NCBI GenBank assembly: GCA_002269645.1
Contig: NIVC01002768.1
Span: 62,001 to 126,000, forward strand
Origin: Macrostomum lignano
Taxonomy: Eukaryota
DNA: 64,000 bases
Reading direction: 5' to 3'
The number at the start of each line of letters is the position of its first letter. Position 1 is the first letter of the stretch. A model generated the notes under the pieces. It was not told where the DNA came from and ran no database searches. It worked only from the letters and a program-made list of their open reading frames with translations. The position numbers were made by a program, and so were the translations under genes. Shown here piece by piece: positions 63,086 through 64,000 of the stretch.

Positions 63086-64000
63086 CAATCCGATGAGCTT
63101 GATCATCGTGGCGCACCTCTATCACTTAAGGAGAACGAAAATCCAGTGCAACAATCCGATGAGCTTGATCATCGTGGCGCACCTCTATCACTTAAGGAGA
63201 ACGAAAATCCAGTGCAACAATCCGATGAGCTTGATCATCGTGGCGCACCTCTATCACTTAAGGAGAACGAAAATCCAGTGCAACAATCCGATGAGCTTGA
63301 TCATCGTGGCGCACCTCTATCACTTAAGGAGAACGAAAATCCAGTGCAACAGTCCGATGAGCTTGATCATCGTGGCGCACCTCTATCACTTAAGGAGAAC
63401 GAAAATCCAGTGCAACAGTCCGATGAGCTTGATCATCGTGGCGCACCTCTATCACTTAAGGAGAACGGAGGACAGACGTTCTTCAGTGCAACAGTGCAAC
63501 AGTCCGATGAGCTTGATCATCGTGGCGCACCTCTATCACTTAAGGAGAACGAAAATCCAGTGCAACAGTCCGATGAGCTTGATCATCGTGGCGCACCTCT
63601 ATCACTTAAGGAGAACGAAAATCCAGTGCAACAATCCGATGAGCTTGATCATCGTGGCGCACCTCTATCACTTAAGGAGAACGAAAATCCAGTGCAACAG
63701 TCCGATGAGCTTGATCATCGTGGCGCACCTCTATCACTTAAGGAGAACGAAAATCCAGTGCAACAGTCCGATGAGCTTGATCATCGTGGCGCACCTCTAT
63801 CACTTAAGGAGAACGAAAATCCAGTGCAACAGTCCGATGAGCTTGATCATCGTGGCGCACCTCTATCACTTAAGGAGAACGAAAATCCAGTGCAACAATC
63901 CGATGAGCTTGATCATCGTGGCGCACCTCTATCACTTAAGGAGAACGAAAATCCAGTGCAACAGTCCGATGAGCTTGATCATCGTGGCGCACCTCTATCA
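63060..64000 (+). repeat. 66-bp (22-codon) tandem repeat, in frame with the recombinase ORF, running off the window
   Basis: Encodes KENENPVQQSDELDHRGAPLSL; the first unit carries CAA>TAA at 63083-63085. Confidence 0.93.

Overview
Repeat-rich animal genomic DNA: GT-AG introns, GC-rich exons and more than 20 unrelated mini/microsatellites. The style resembles the flatworm Macrostomum lignano, but that is inference only. Most long ORFs in the supplied track are tandem-repeat artefacts. Genes reconstructed by hand: a divergent intronless STAT (26654-28876 +); RPLP1 (30027-30368 +); three tandem two-exon TRAF-like RING + zinc-finger genes lacking the MATH domain, two of them with a perfect 4-unit heat-shock element, CCAAT and TATA; two tandem selenoprotein W-like genes absent from the ORF track (in-frame UGA in CGAU plus type II SECIS); two tandem C6orf89/BRAP-like genes (-) with introns at different positions; the 3' exons of an M17 leucyl aminopeptidase (-); and two orphan exons. 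Mobile DNA: a young full-length Ty3/Gypsy element (LTRs, PBS, PPT, 5-bp TSD, one nonsense codon), tRNA-derived SINEs, hAT-type MITEs with 8-bp TSDs, LINE fragments and a tyrosine-recombinase fragment. Several arrays carry one stress or immune transcription-factor motif per unit (STAT GAS, AP-1, kB-like). This suggests, but does not prove, a stress/immune locus wired by repeat-borne binding sites.
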